NCBI GenBank assembly: GCA_013239625.1
Contig: MU056358.1
Coordinates: forward strand, 12,597,285 to 12,661,284
DNA: 64,000 bases
DNA from: Lama guanicoe
Taxonomy: Eukaryota
Direction of reading: 5' to 3'
Below are positions 11,891 through 25,754 of the stretch, piece by piece. Position numbers and translations under genes: made by a program. Numbering within the stretch: position 1 is the first letter of the stretch; each line of letters opens with the position of its first letter. The notes beneath the pieces were generated by a model. That model made no database searches. It saw only the letters and a list, made by a program, of their open reading frames with translations, and was not told the origin of the DNA.

Positions 11891-14569
11891 AGCTCCACTA
11901 GGAAGGAGAACTAATGCCTGACATTATCTTAGGAGAGTTTGGCCCTTTTGTCGTTTGACTTGGTTCCCTAGCTGTAGTAGCACTTACAGCTCATGTTAGT
12001 TGTTTGAGCCTCAGGGTGAACAAGTTTCTGATTCTTGCCTGAAAACACATTTGGATAGCAAAGAGAAGCAGCAGGAAATGTGCAGCAACTGAGAGGAGGC
12101 AGGAAGAATAAAAAATCGGTAGAACAGTATAAAAAATTCTTGAGTCCTTTTATTTACACATTTGTTATCGTGCCTCCAACTTTGGTATTCCTTGAGGGAG
12201 GGGAGAGGGGAGAAAAGAACACGACTGGAAAGAAAGCAGGACAGCATGATGTGGCAACAATGGACTGCAGTATTAAGTCAAAGACCAAGTGGAATTTCTT
12301 TTAAGGTAATTAAGTTGTATCGTGGGTGACAGAAAGGTACCTGCCATATTTTCTCTTTCCTTGAATCTTGTCTCACAAGAAATGAATCACTGAATGAAGA
12401 AGTCTTTGCTTTCCTAAGTTCTAACTCCACATTTGGAAATGAAATCTTGGGTTTGTCGATTTTTATCCAACACCATAATACGTAAGATTTCCTCTTAAAT
12501 CTCCTGGTAACAGTTTAGACCATTACTTTGGTCATAAAGGGGAAACACCACCTGAGAATTTAGCCTGTGTTAATTAATAATGGGTTCTCTGTCTTCCACT
12601 CAGAAATCTCTGACATAGCAAGGCTACCAAATCAGTGGCTAAGAGTGTCATATCTGCCCAGACAACATACATTAATCAACACATGCACTTCTGGGATGGG
12701 ATCAAGGGACCCTAGCATAAGTAAATTGAGGTGATGAGTGAAAAAAAACAGGTCCAATGACAAAGCAGGAGGTCAAGGCAACATGGTATTCCATGATCAT
12801 CGCATTAAAATATCTAAACAAGCAGACATGCTGGGAAACATTATTTGGGGTCATCAGAAACAAGGAAATGGAACAGATGGGAACAGAATGGAATGTCTGT
12901 TCTGTTTAAGTGTTTGTTTTATTTTTTTCCAAGTCTGATCTATTACACAGTTATAGTAACACACTGATTCTCAGGAACCAAGGCTCAGCCACTAAATTGA
13001 CTAAGAGACTTGGCATCCATGAGAATCTCTTAAATAAATATGTTTAGCATTGACTGAGGACCCAGTTACCTGAAAAAATAGGGTCATTTTCTCCGAAGCC
13101 TGACCAGTCTGTGCATTACTGGTGCAAGAAAAACGAATTTCACGGTGCGACACAAAGCTGTCACTCAGCTACGTTGATCTCTAGAGCTTCACCAAGCTTG
13201 TGGAGCAAAACATGCCTTTTCATGGGTGTGAACAGCCCTTCTGTAATCAATGGTGGAACTTATTAAGTCTTTTTCAGTTATCTTCAGTTTTTACCATAAA
13301 TAGCAAAAAGCACCACCTTAGCCCAGAGTAACTAACAGCAGCTACTCACCCCCACTCCCAGGAAAGCCAAAAATAAGCCTGCACGTATCTTATTTCTGAC
13401 AGAAAGGGTGATTATAGAAATCTGCTTAACCGCACTTAAGAAAATAGGCTAAACTTATGCCATTAAAAATCTCGTAAGAATTTCAACAGAATAATAGCAA
13501 AAGCTCATCAAAAACACACAAGCAAAAATGACATTATTTCTCTCTTCCACATATTTTACTGCCTTGGGGAATAACAGATGGGCTAATACAGGAGGCATAT
13601 GTGAAATATTTATGAAAGGCAAAGTAATTGAGACAGTAAACTCATAAAATAGTAATTTCCTCTACTATATTCAGCAGCATGAACAAAAACGAGAATATCT
13701 TTTACATAATAAAATGAAAGATACAGATGAAACAGGTAATAAGAAGTAGAAAAACACAAGTTCCCTGTTCCCCTCAATACACTAAAGAGTGGTTGGGGCA
13801 AAAATAACTGCAGAAAGAGTCTGGGGGGTGTTTAGCTGTTGTTATTTCTTGTAAGAAGAACTTGAATTTGCATTATCTGCCTCTCAAAGAGTTTAGATGG
13901 TCTAATGTAGGGTTTTCCCTTTAATATCCCTTTGAAGCAGGTAGGCGATTCCACATTGTTCTGTAAACGTTTATAATGATGTCCACCAGACATACAGACA
14001 CTGTAATTTGAGGATGTTCTTTGTGGCTTCCTTTGCAGTCCCCGTGCTACATGGTCAAAGTAGACCCAGTTTTTAAGAAATCAGAATGCAGTGAGAAAGC
14101 AAATAATAAGCACACACTTAAGAAAAGCGTTACGTCAAGTTCCACAATTGCATGGGGAACATCAGAGCAGGTTTCTGATGCCATCTTTAAAAGTGCAGGT
14201 GAAGAAGGGATTAGACTAGTTCAAGGTGGACAGAGAGGAGTGCTGGCACCCTAGTCCCTGGGTCTCCTCGACTTACCCCCATGACACATCATTCCTCTTC
14301 AATCTCTGAAAATGAAAAACCTGCACAGAAATAATAAAGTTTGATCCTGGAAAAGATGAAGAGCTTAGTAAAAATGTCAAAAGCAGGATGCCTGCCCTGG
14401 GTTGCTTACTGCCCCCGCCAGCTCTGCAGGGGTGGTTGATGGTTGACACTACAATGAGGCTCGAGAAGCAGAAAGGCCCACCTGTTTCAAAACGAGGCTG
14501 CTCACATTTGCTCGTTAAAAGATTATTTCCTTCTTGAAACTTTCATCGGTTCCCTCATTCTTGGAAACG

Positions 14570-15530
14570 CAACCATTCACAAAATCCTTCAGAAAATATG
14601 CACACAGTGTCTATTCTATGACCAGCCATAGGGATAGGGATAGAATAACGAAAAGGCTAGTCAGGCCCCCACATAGTTTCTAGTCAAGAGTAAAGACCTA
14701 AAATGCTAAACAAAAAAAAAAAAAAAAAAGAGCAAGAAAAAAATCAGTTTTACAACTGAGTAATGTGATTGAGAGTAACTGTTGGTTGCTTTAGTTGAGG
14801 TGGCCTGATGACAAACAGCCTTTTGCAGGGGGTGACATTTCAGATGTGGATGACAAGGAGGGACTCAGAGAGGGAAGAACATTCCCAGCAGAGACAACGG
14901 CTACTGCAAAGGGCCTGAAGTTGAGAAACAGATGTACTGTTTCAGAGGACAGAAGACTGTATCAAGCTGGGATTTATAAACCAGAGTAAGGAGAGTACAA
15001 AGAGAAGCCACAGAGGGTGTGTAGGTAGGTGACTTACACTTAGATAAAAACTACAGCTCAGTATAAGCATGTGTGCTTAGTATGCACGAGGTCCTGGGTT
15101 CAATCACTAGTACCTCCATTAAAACAAACAATCAAAGAAACCTAACTACCACTCCCACCCCCACCCCCAAAGAACAACAAAAAACAAACCTCTGGCTGCT
15201 GTGTCGAGAAAGTACTACAGGGAAGCAAGAGTGGGCACAGATACCCTGGTGGTACAACTAATGCAGTAGCGGAGAGAGAGATGATGGTGGCCTGGCCCAG
15301 GGCGAGAGATGAAGAGATGGAAGTGGTCGGAGGTGGAGACAGAGTTGACTGGACCTGTTGACAGGTTTAATATGGGAGGAGGGACAAAAAAGGAAGGAAG
15401 CGTCAGCACTGGGTTTGGATATGCTTTGGCCACCTAATTTTGAAATGTCTATAAAGAGCCACACGGAGACGGCCAGGAGACAGCTGGACACAAGGCAGCT
15501 GCAGAGAAAGGACATACTGAGTGTCTGGGG
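14570..15530 (-). mobile_element. LINE-2 fragment interrupted by a camelid SINE
   Basis: gggaagaacattcccagcagag...ctactgcaaagggcctgaag; gatggtggcctggcccaggg; tttgaaatgtctataa. Confidence 0.7.
15050..15190 (+). mobile_element. tRNA-derived camelid SINE (Vic-1 type), inserted in L2
   Basis: acagctcagt...gtgcttagtatgcacgaggtcctgggttcaatcactagtacctcc (A-box and B-box remnants) plus A-rich tail with aaacctaactacc. Confidence 0.8.
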
Positions 15531-17163
15531 GCACTCTTCCCTCTCCTAGGTTTCCAGTGAACTGTGGTTTATCCTTCATTTCACCCTGTTCCTTCTCTTA
15601 CCTTTCCTAGCTGTGAAGAAGCAATAATCAGACTAAGTATATGAAGAAGCTTTGCAAAGAATACAGCAATGCTCTCACATTTGGAATTATTATCACTATC
15701 TCCTTCCACTGAGTATCTACCCGGCGCACACTGGGTCTTCACAGTAGAAGGTTCAGGAATCCCAGATTATGCTGTTCCTGCTTCCCCTGCTCCCAAGCCT
15801 TTGTAGCTTTTAATAGTCTAGTATCGTAAAGAAATTTGAGCCTCATTCTAAAAAAGATAAAAGGACAAAGTCTTCAAAAGTTAGCATGTCACATGACACA
15901 CAACTCCACTGTAACCTTAGGCAGCTGCACAGACTTGACTTTATCATTTTCTTACACACACAGACAAGTAATCAGTGCAAAATTGAGAGGTTGGCATCTC
16001 CCCAGCGGTGGGTCCGCCAAAAGACTTCAGTGCCCCAGATACAATGAATGCTTCCCACTGAACACCACAGAGCACCAAATTTTATAGTCAGTTTCTCCTT
16101 CATGTTTAAAGGAATTCATATGAAAAATGCAATTTTATGGGGCAAGAAAATTTCCACAATCAGGCATGAACACTTTAGCATGAAATTAGTTATCTGATTA
16201 TTAACTGAGAGCTATGCCTTCAAAGAATGGGACAGCTGACTGCTCAGGGTGATCAGGGCTGAGGTCAAGGCAGCCAAGAGAATTAGCCCCTCCTGGACAC
16301 AGTAGGTCCAGATGGACCGGCCAAGGGATGGGAGGTCAGCAGCTCCAAATGGTAATGTGAGGCCATCTCTAATTTATTGTCTTGGCCATGGAGTTTCATT
16401 CTGTGAAGGACAGGGCTCCTGGATTTTGTTCTCACTCAGTAAAAAGAAAATGGTTTAAGGGCGAAATAGATTTATTTTAATCATCCTTAAATTTCTCATA
16501 AAAACAAAACTTTTGTTCAAATAAGAGCTATGAATTGTATCTAGGAAAACAAAGAGCCATAAAAAGAATGAACATACATACCCGTGTTATATTCACACCC
16601 TGACACTGTCATCACTATTGCCATTAACAAGAGCATCATCCCTCTGCAGTTCTTAGTAGCCCAGCCTCGCTAGAGTTTTCACTGAGGTTATCCACTTGAA
16701 CAAAGAAATTACATCAAACCATTCTCTAGAAGGCAATAGAGTTCACAGATGACTCGTGGGACTACAGAGAGTCATTGGCGCCCAGAGAGAACAAAATTGA
16801 TTATGCTATTGAAAATAGTAATTAATTGAACAATCTTTAAGAAAATTGCAGTGAGTGTTCAATTTTGGATACTGTATTTTAACCAGTTTACAGATTTGCA
16901 AAGCTAATTTTAAACCCACGAGTGACTTCTTCCAACAAACCTCACCAAGAGGCATGACATTAGTGGAGGTATGTTCCAGGATAATTTTGAGCAGAGCATA
17001 TTTAGAAAGTTGACCTACCACAGCATTAAATAACCTAGCATTTTCCAAATCCACGTTAATATGAGTTTAACTTAATTTCAATCAGTGTGCAGGATTACCC
17101 GTGCCAGTACCTATGTGGCCCATTTGACTAATGTGGAATTTTCTGTCCTGCTTTGTTTTCCAG

Positions 17164-17237
17164 CCTCTGCAAGCACATATGTCCCGACGGTGTGTAACGG
17201 GCGGGAAGTCCTCGACTCCACCACCTCATCTCTGTGA
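17164..17237 (+). CDS. GRM3: GRM3 terminal coding exon
   Basis: ttgttttccag|CC TCT GCA; phase 1 matches the upstream donor; (S)SASTYVPTVCNGREVLDSTTSSL then TGA at 17235-17237; ends in the class I PDZ ligand TSSL. Confidence 0.98.
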
Positions 17238-17720
17238 TTGTGGAATGCAGTTCAGTTCTTGTGTTTTTAGATGGTTAGATGAAAGTACTCACGTGCAGCT
17301 CCGGAATGTGGAAACAGAGCAAAAGAATACCCCCTAGTACCTTTTTTTAGAAACAGTACAATAAATTATTTTTGAGGACTGTACAGTATATAGTGACGTG
17401 CTAGAACTTTTTAGACTGATTTTAGTGTCCCTATTATTAACGATTCCCCAGAACATGGAAATAACCGTTGTTTACAGAGTTGAGCATTGGTGACAGGGTC
17501 TGACAGGGTCAGTCTATTAGAAAATACGGTGGCAATATTAGGTAACTTTTTTTCCTATGAAGTTTTTTGTAGGTCCTTGTTGTAACTAACTTAGGATGAG
17601 TTTCTATGTTGTATATTAAAGTTACATTATGTGTAACAGATTGTTTTTCTCAGCGCAAAATAAAAAGCATCTGGATTAATGTAACAATATTAAGAATAAA
17701 ACCTTCAAGGTTTTCCAGCA
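17238..17720 (+). other. GRM3: GRM3 3' UTR with polyadenylation signals
   Basis: Follows the stop codon; AATAAA at 17659-17664 and 17695-17700; 3' end approximate. Confidence 0.8.
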
Positions 17721-18467
17721 TGGTGGATAATGGCTTATTCTTTTTTAATCACGCCAGGTAATCTGATTCTATTGATTTCAGACCATTTATACTTTTCATG
17801 TTGGAAAATATAAACTGTGCTTCTCTTTACATTTAGGTGCATTGAACACAAGTTGTTACCTGGGGAGAGAGTTGTGAGCAGAGCTAGACTTCTTCGCAAA
17901 TCACGTGATCAGAATGCGACTGATGACAGCATAACTATCAGGCCCTTTCAGTGGCCGGATAATAATACTCATGTTGGTTTCTTTAAGCCACATCAGTACA
18001 GCAGCCTAGAATTCACCCCAGTAGTGCTCTGTGGCAAGAAGGAGAGGGTTTCTCCATCCCTGCATTCCTCTTAATGCAGAGGCTGACCTGCCAGGGGAAG
18101 TTTGACAGCCTTCATTTCCCAAAACGACCTTCATTACTAGCAAGGAGACTGGGAAAGTATCTTGTTATTCCATTGGAAAATCACATTCACTGCTCATAGC
18201 TGAATGAGGCAATAAAATTGTAGGTTACCTTCTTTTCCAGTGCTTTTCCAAAGTCCCAAGAACAATGCTTAGGCACAGAGACTTGTCACTAAACCTGAAT
18301 ATTTCACTAACCTAAACAAAGGAGCAAACAGGGAAAGCATGGATAAGCTAAAACTGACTCATTCTTATCAACACTGTCCTACTTCTCCTGGTAAACCCTG
18401 AGTCACAGATCATTTATTAATGTAGAAAAATTTACCAGGTCCCACACCAGGTACCACGGACAGAGAC

Positions 18468-18842
18468 TGTACTGGTTTCCTGTAACTGATGGAACAACTG
18501 AACACGAACTGGGTGGCTTCACACAACAAAAATGTATTCTCAGTGTTGGCAGGGCTGCACCCTCTTAGCTCTAGGGGAGAATCCGTCCCATTCCTCTTCT
18601 AGTTTCCAGTGGTTGTCAACTTTCTGACATCACATCATTCCAATCTCTGCCTCCATCTTCACATCACTTTCTCCTCTGCGTGTCTCTTTCAAGGACATCT
18701 GTCATCGCATGTAGGGCCCACCTGGATAATGCAGGATAATCTCATCTCAAGATCCTTAATTACATCTGCAAAGGCCCTCTTTCAAAATAAAGTAATATTA
18801 GATGTGTACATATCCTTTGTGGGGGACCACTCTTCAACCCAT
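18468..18842 (-). mobile_element. MaLR solo LTR (MLT1-like), inserted in an L2 end
   Basis: actgggtggcttcacacaacaaaaatgtattct...tagggcccacctggataatgcaggataatctcatctcaagatccttaattacatctgcaaag. Confidence 0.85.
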
Positions 18843-21211
18843 GATGGAGGAAAAGATGACTGAGATGTAGTTCCTTCCTTTAAGAAGCATCAAGACTGGA
18901 AAATATTTTAATGAGGGAACTGTGACTGAGGAACACAGTGAGAGGAAAGAAGAAGAGGATTTGAGGGGCCCACAGGCTAAATACAACCAGGGCCTGCTTA
19001 ATCAAAACATACAAGTACTATTTTTAAAGCATCCAGAAATAATGAGCAGGTACACAAAAGCCAACAGGACTGGCCTTGAGGGAAGTAAGGCAAGGAATCC
19101 TACATTAGGGAGTCTCTTCTTTCTTGCAGATGCACTTGAATTGGCACCCTAATCCATCTATCCAAAACTCACCAGATGCCCAAAGACCACAGTGCAGTCT
19201 CTAAACTCTCATATTCAAAGAAAAACCTGGATTTGGGGAGTGGATGGGGCAGATTGGGTAACAGATTCAACAGCACTAGATGGCAAAGAATTCCAATGTA
19301 CAAAGCTGGCAGGAGTGCCAGATAAGTGTGCTCAGAATGAGCAAGTGCTGAAGATAAAGGCTGAGGCAAGGCTGATGGGAGAGAAAATAAACTCAGTTCC
19401 CTGATGGAACGTGACAGTCTGAGGAAGGCACTATCAGTTGGACTGTTTAGAGACGCAGCTGATGCCTAAAACAATCAAACTGATCGTGGATCTTTTTAAC
19501 AAGACAATTAGGCTGTGGGTGAACCTTGAGAAAACTGTTTTTGAGAGCCAGAATTTGATCTATGGCCACGATATTTCACTGCCCGCCTTTACACTGAAGG
19601 TGCAATGACTGACAGCTTCCTTCATCTTCCCTACTACAAACCTTGTTTCCTATTCAAAAGCACATCCCCTAACATGTGATCCCCAGAAATCATTTTTTTA
19701 AAGAATATAATTTGCAGCACTTGTATGGAAGACAGCAGCTATACAATCTCTTTTTACATAAGCCATTTGACCAAATCGGTTTTGGATTTCTTTTCTTTTC
19801 TTTTCTTCTTTTACTCCAGTAACAGCCTTTCATTCTTTCAAAATATAAAACTTGTTGAGCTGATCAATCTTTGCAAAACTGTCCTGAATTTAAGGAACTC
19901 AAGTAGAATCATCTATCTCACTCATAAAAAAAAAATCAGAACCTAATGATAAGGCTGATCACTGTTGGATTCTCGAGTATTTACAGTTTCTGAAACACTC
20001 TGGGTGTCCTCTCTAGTTTAAATATGAACAGATTCTCTTGCTCACTCAGGTTTCTCCGGGTAAAGTAAAACGGCCCCATTTTTAAGCTGCAAGGCAAGCT
20101 GGTTTGCAGAACGCAGAGAGGACAGATGGAGAGAGTGTCTGAAAAAGGAGGTAATTCAGCCCATGTACCTTCGCAGCCTTCACCTCCACACCTCCTCTCA
20201 GCTTTACTCATGTATCCACCATGACAGTTTTGGGCCTCAGAGCTCTTTAGCAAAGGGCTATAAACATGGCGAAGCCAAGAAAAGCGAGGGGGCCAGGAAG
20301 ATGGAACACCAGTATGGATTATCACCTTCACAGCCCTAATAACCAAGGCCCAAACCCCTGAAGAAGAAGGAAGTTATTATTCCCATTCTGTGACAGAAAG
20401 CTCTGCGTAAGTCCCACTGGTTGGACTCATTTTAATTAACCCAACCAATGGCCGTCTGAAATCAGCCCTCTGAGATAAAGGAAATCTTAGTCTCTTCCAA
20501 ACTAAATTTACCAATATCCACAAGCTATTTTAGACAGGGCTCTTCATTCAAGAGCCATTAATAAGATGAGGAAAATTCCAGCAAATTAAAAGCCTAACTG
20601 GGACATTCTGTTCAAGGAAAATGGAGATCTGTTTCTAGAACCACTAATCATTAAAGGAATCCTTAATGTCTTTTGCAGCTCAGTAAGTCTTAAAATAGGA
20701 TTTGGTAAAAGAGTATGAACTGAGGTTGTACACTGCCTGAGCACATGCAATGGACCCTCCAGTGCAGCCAGGGGACCCCCTCCAGGCCTGGGGCTCAAGA
20801 ATATATATGCTGACACTACTTTTATGCATCAATATACCCTACTCCCACACAGTTACTTGAAATAAAAGGTAAGATTGACTATTATATCCAGTTACCTTAG
20901 CAATAAAAGTTATAGAAATGGCAAGGTAAAAAGGCTTTTCAGTCAACCATGCTGGTTTATTTTGAACCAATTCACTTGTTTTAGTTTTATCATTTCCTCT
21001 TCAGTATCCATAATCAAGCCCCAGAACTAGAAGAGGAACTCTGAAGTATCTGGCTTTGTCTTTGGTTGGTGATTAAATCCTCCAGGGAGGGTGATGGATT
21101 ATTCTCTTCTTGATCATCTCTAGTGACCTGAGAAACTTTGAAGGTTTGAGCTTTCAAACGGTAAAGAGATTCTTCCAAATAGTTCCGCTTGTGGGTTTCA
21201 GGGACTAAAAC

Positions 21212-21554
21212 CAGTGGTCAGCAAAGCAAGGCTCACAGATCAAATCCTAGCCCAGCATCTGTTTTCATAAAGCCTGTGAGCTAAGAATGCTTCTACATTT
21301 TTAAATAGTTGGAGGGGGGTGGAAATAAAAAAAAAAGAGTAACATTTCATGACAAGTGAAATTTACACGAAGCTCACATTTCCATGTACATGAAGTTTTA
21401 TTACAATGCAGCCATACTCATTCGTTCATATATTGCCTGTGGCTGCTTTCCTGCTACAATGGCAGAGTTAAGGAGCTGCAACAGAGATCACACGTCCTAT
21501 AAAGCTGAAAATATTTACTATCTGACACATTACAGAAAAATTTGCTGGTCTCTG
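21212..21554 (+). mobile_element. hAT-Charlie MITE (MER58B-like)
   Basis: TIRs cagtggtcagcaaa and tttgctggtctctg; internal tggctgctttcctgctacaatggcagagtt...ctgaaaatatttactatctg. Confidence 0.88.
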
Positions 21555-21599
21555 ATAGACAATTGCAATAGTAGTATCAATTAATTTTCAATTATTTGT

Positions 21600-24500
21600 C
21601 CCCATCTTTTACTTATTTTATTATGATCCTAAAATGAACTCAGCTGAAAATATTAAAAAAAAAATCCAGCAAGAGTGTAATCTCTGGCTGGTTATTGTGA
21701 AAGTGAACTCCATTTTAGTGTCCAAGGAATAAGTCAGATGTTGGGATGTTTTTTAAGTTTACTCCCCTTGAGACCTTTTCTTTAGAGCAACCTTCATTTA
21801 GGACCTGGGTATATAAACCTGAGATAATGTTATTGGTTACCATAAAATAGATGTGAGGCTATGTAAGTCCTCTTACATAGAGAAGAAGTTCTACTCTACA
21901 TATCTTTTGTGTAAAAAGGTAGATATGACTTTAAACTTGCCAATAAAATCATCTTCCTACCCCAATTCCCAGGAAATTGATTTTCATGAGGAAGAGATAA
22001 ATGATCTGCATATTAGCCTTCCATTAGGAATGCCCATGAACTACAGGAAGTAGTTCTACTGATAGACATCAGATGACAGTTCACCAGATTTGTCTTCAAG
22101 AACTAGAGTCCATCAATGACCAACCACCTGGGAACCTAGAGACCCCAGATGGTAAATGTAAATGACGAGACCCAAGCAATTGTTCCATACAACCATTTAA
22201 ACCACCTGTTCTCCTCGGGAAGAGTATAATGACAAAAATCTACACCAAAATACTATGGAACATTTTTAATCCTGGAAAGGACTTGATTACTAGTAATCAA
22301 AGAGGGGAAAAGTCAACAAGAGTAAAATTCAATCTTCTAAATCAAGTGAACACATATCCAATTGCTCAACATTGTTAAATAGCATGATATAATTTATCCA
22401 TAGAAGACACCATCTCACTCAGTGGAAAACTGATTTAAGTATGTTTCGACAGAGTGCTAAGAGATACTACAGGTGACAGTTGACTTAATGGAGTATTTAA
22501 GGTTTCCAAACTACTTTTAGAAAAATAACAAACAACTTCTTCTACCACTTGTCAAATGTCAATTAAAAGTCATTAGAAATATGATTCATCTGTTTAAGCC
22601 GTTCAACATTCCACTGAGCTATGCAAAGGCAAGACATAAAATTAGAGTTTTATAGCCAGGATTGGTCTGAATATTTTCCTCACACTATTCTTTCTGTCAT
22701 ACTTCTTCAGTGCTTGGAATAAAATGACAAACCACTGGGATCCAAAGGAAAAAGTCAGCTTTTTCCAAAAATGGGACTAAGCTAACAAAATCTACTTAAT
22801 ATCTAAAATTAGAAATAAAATAAATAAATCCTTCAATACCAACTACATTTTCAGAGAGTTCATTAAAATTTAAGGAATTTTTGACATGTCAGAGATTTTA
22901 GTCCAGTGACAAGAGAAGAAAGAAGCTACCTGGGAGCAAATCCCAATTATCTCTATAGTTTGAAACATACATGTTGAGCACAGCAAAGATGGAGAGAGAG
23001 GTGACAGGTGACATGTGGAAACATCCCAACTCCGTCCAGTCTGTACAACTCTGCCAGGGTTCCTCTGAAAGTGTGCGAAAGGGTGCATTTCAAATGTATT
23101 TTCATTCTTCTGCTTAAATTTTGATCAAGATAGGGAAAGGCTCATCAGCACTGCTGGCAGGATAAAAGTGAGCAATGCCAAAATAATTTCTTCTTTAAGA
23201 TAAAATTCAAGAAATTAAACATGGAAGAGGCCTACGTTATGCAATGCCCTCCCTCAATTTCACAACAAACAATAAAATAATGGCAACCTCACCTATACTC
23301 ATGAATCCCACAGTAGTGATTGTATACAAAACAAAAATTCAGCAGTAACAGAATGGTCCAGTGTTTCACTCACCAGCCAAATTAACTCAATTATTTATTT
23401 TTCTCCCATTTTCCACAAAACTAAAGACATCACCTGCTGAATCAAAAGTTAGAAGTCATATCTCATTGAAACTCTTGGGGCAAAACATTCAACAAACCCT
23501 GCCCATATGCCCTGCCTGTCTCAGCCAATCACCAGTCATTTAAAAAATATGGATTAAGATCCACAAAGATCACTGTTTATTGGAAACAAACCAGAGCACC
23601 TTCAATTACCAAAGGCCAGGAAACTCCCCTCTTTCCCAGTTCTAAAACAATTAAGCTTTACACAAAATTGGTCAAACCCAGCTTCATTCAAACTTCTTTC
23701 AATAAATAATATTCAAATTGTGCAAATACTAGTATAACCTGTCTGTCACAGGAAATATCACAATTATCTGGAACACTTTTGAGTAAGAACACTTATTTCA
23801 TAACTACTTACGGTACAACCACATTCTTAGTATGAACACAATTAAACGCAATTTTCTAAAGTTAAGTTCCTGCCTTACTAATATAAAAAGAAAACTTCCA
23901 TGGAAGCCATAATCCTTAAAGTCTTTAGCAGAAAAATAACCATACAAACTCTGATGCTTTACAAAGGGCAAATGTCCCACTGCTTTTTTCTGAAGACCAT
24001 GAAATTATCCCAATACTTTTATATGGTCATCTGTACTTATACACAAGCCATCCCACTTTCATCTCATGATTTTGCAAGTGATTTGATAAACAAGCTTTCC
24101 CAATCATTCTATATTATACTTCAAGTATTGCATAAATGGTTTCAAGCCATTTGACTTCTGTGATACTGTTAACTTATTTGAATTAATGTAAAGTGTAGTG
24201 TAGGCTTCTCCTTTCCCCCTCCTTTTTATTTTTTTTTCAAGAATCCCACTTTCAGTCAAGCCCTTCTTACCAGATCCAACAAGGATGGAATTTCAAAGGC
24301 GATTACAAATTTAGATAACCAAGCACATGCTGTCTCTTCATAAAAAATCACTGCTTACTTAGGCTTCTGAAATCAAGAAGGATACCCTATGGAAAAATGA
24401 AAAATCTATTGTCTTTCTTTGTTCACCATTTTTAATAGAAAAGATGTTTTAAGGTCTGTCAGGAAAATAAATAATGGGAAAAATAACTGTACCTTAAAAA

Positions 24501-24950
24501 TTTTTTTTCAAATCTTCCCCAAAATATAAACAGAACAAAGACATAAACGGGATTACAATGCATATGCTCACATCTGCCCTCCAAACACACTTTTTATGGA
24601 GAAGTTATAAAGAAGAAAAGTTACCCATTAATATATGGCATGCATCAGCAGTGCACTGGTGGGCTTAAACTTGGTTTTGAGTTATGTGTATATACAGATA
24701 AATCTCTTCCTGAGTTGAGCTTCGTCTTCAGTTGAGACCCAAACCATCTGCTTTCCTATTTTTGGCAAGATACTTGACCACGTGATAAGGCAATCAAACA
24801 CTTCAACCTCCTTCCCTTTTCAGCGGCACGGCCCTCCTCTGTGACATCACCAATGTGCCAGATATGAGGACAGGCTCTAAACTACAGTCCTGTAAAAACT
24901 AGAGAGCAAGTTTCTTTGTTCAGTAGTCTGAAGGCTATAGCACTGTCTTT
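21600..24950 (-). other. ELAPOR2: ELAPOR2 long 3' UTR (distal end uncertain)
   Basis: Repeat-poor AT-rich stretch after the stop; minus-strand AATAAA candidates at 23576-23581, 21617-21622 and 20956-20961. Confidence 0.55.
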
Positions 24951-25010
24951 TCATATATTTGGAGATCTTGAGGATTTCAGTTGAACAGATTCAAAATGGT
25001 CTTCTTTTTC
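24951..25010 (-). CDS. ELAPOR2: ELAPOR2 canonical terminal coding exon
   Basis: ttctatag|GAA AAA ...; EKEDHFESVQLKSSRSPNI then TGA at 24953-24951; phase 0 matches the upstream donor. Confidence 0.96.
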   Translation of the reverse strand, partial: EKEDHFESVQLKSSRSPNI

Positions 25011-25691
25011 CTATAGAAAAAAAATATTAAAACAAAATCAACTCACTAAAATTTCAGTAAGATTTTAGGATCTTATGTGTCCAGAGTAAGTTTTGGCAAT
25101 CATTTTAATCCATGTATCTGCCACTTGTAATTAGGATTTTTACATTTACATTTACAGGAGGGTGGCAGACATAACGTAGATAGCATGCCCACCCCGAAGG
25201 ATGCTGTTGATGTCCAAGATATAAGACACACAATCCAAAACAGAAGCAAATACCAAAAGATGTAGCTGTGATTCTTGTGAAGAAATCACTGAGGCCCTTT
25301 CTAAGGGGACATCTGATCCGTAAGGGGAAATAGATGATCTATCCATGCAAATTGTAGACAAAGTAGAACTGACAGTCAACTAAATATTCTCGAGATAATG
25401 TAGGCTAAATAACAGTGAAAAAAAAGGACAGCAGAAATAAAGGGATTATCAATCAGACATAAAACCATTCGAGTTCACTGATATGTTTTAGGAACATCTT
25501 TAGGGTAGGTGCCTACTAAAGATACTAAAAACTAAAAACGAGTCATCTCAGATAATAAATCAACATTTAATGCCAATACATGATTTGGCATTTGTTACAA
25601 AATATATTCAAAAAGTAGCCTCTTAAGATAGACTATTCTTCTTCAAAGGAGAAAAAGAGAAGAGGTGAGCTTTCTCCCAATGTTCTCATTG

Positions 25692-25754
25692 TTAGACTTG
25701 GACAAAGCTTTCTGAAAGCGGCTGGAATGTGCTGCGGTTGGGGGACGGGCTACG
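25692..25754 (-). CDS. Candidate alternative terminal exon of ELAPOR2 (RSPSPNRSTFQPLSESFVQV*)
   Basis: Pyrimidine tract ttctcttcatctttattcacttcaatag then a phase-0 20-codon frame ending TAA; locally CpG-rich; no transcript evidence available. Confidence 0.5.
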   Translation of the reverse strand, partial: RSPSPNRSTFQPLSESFVQV

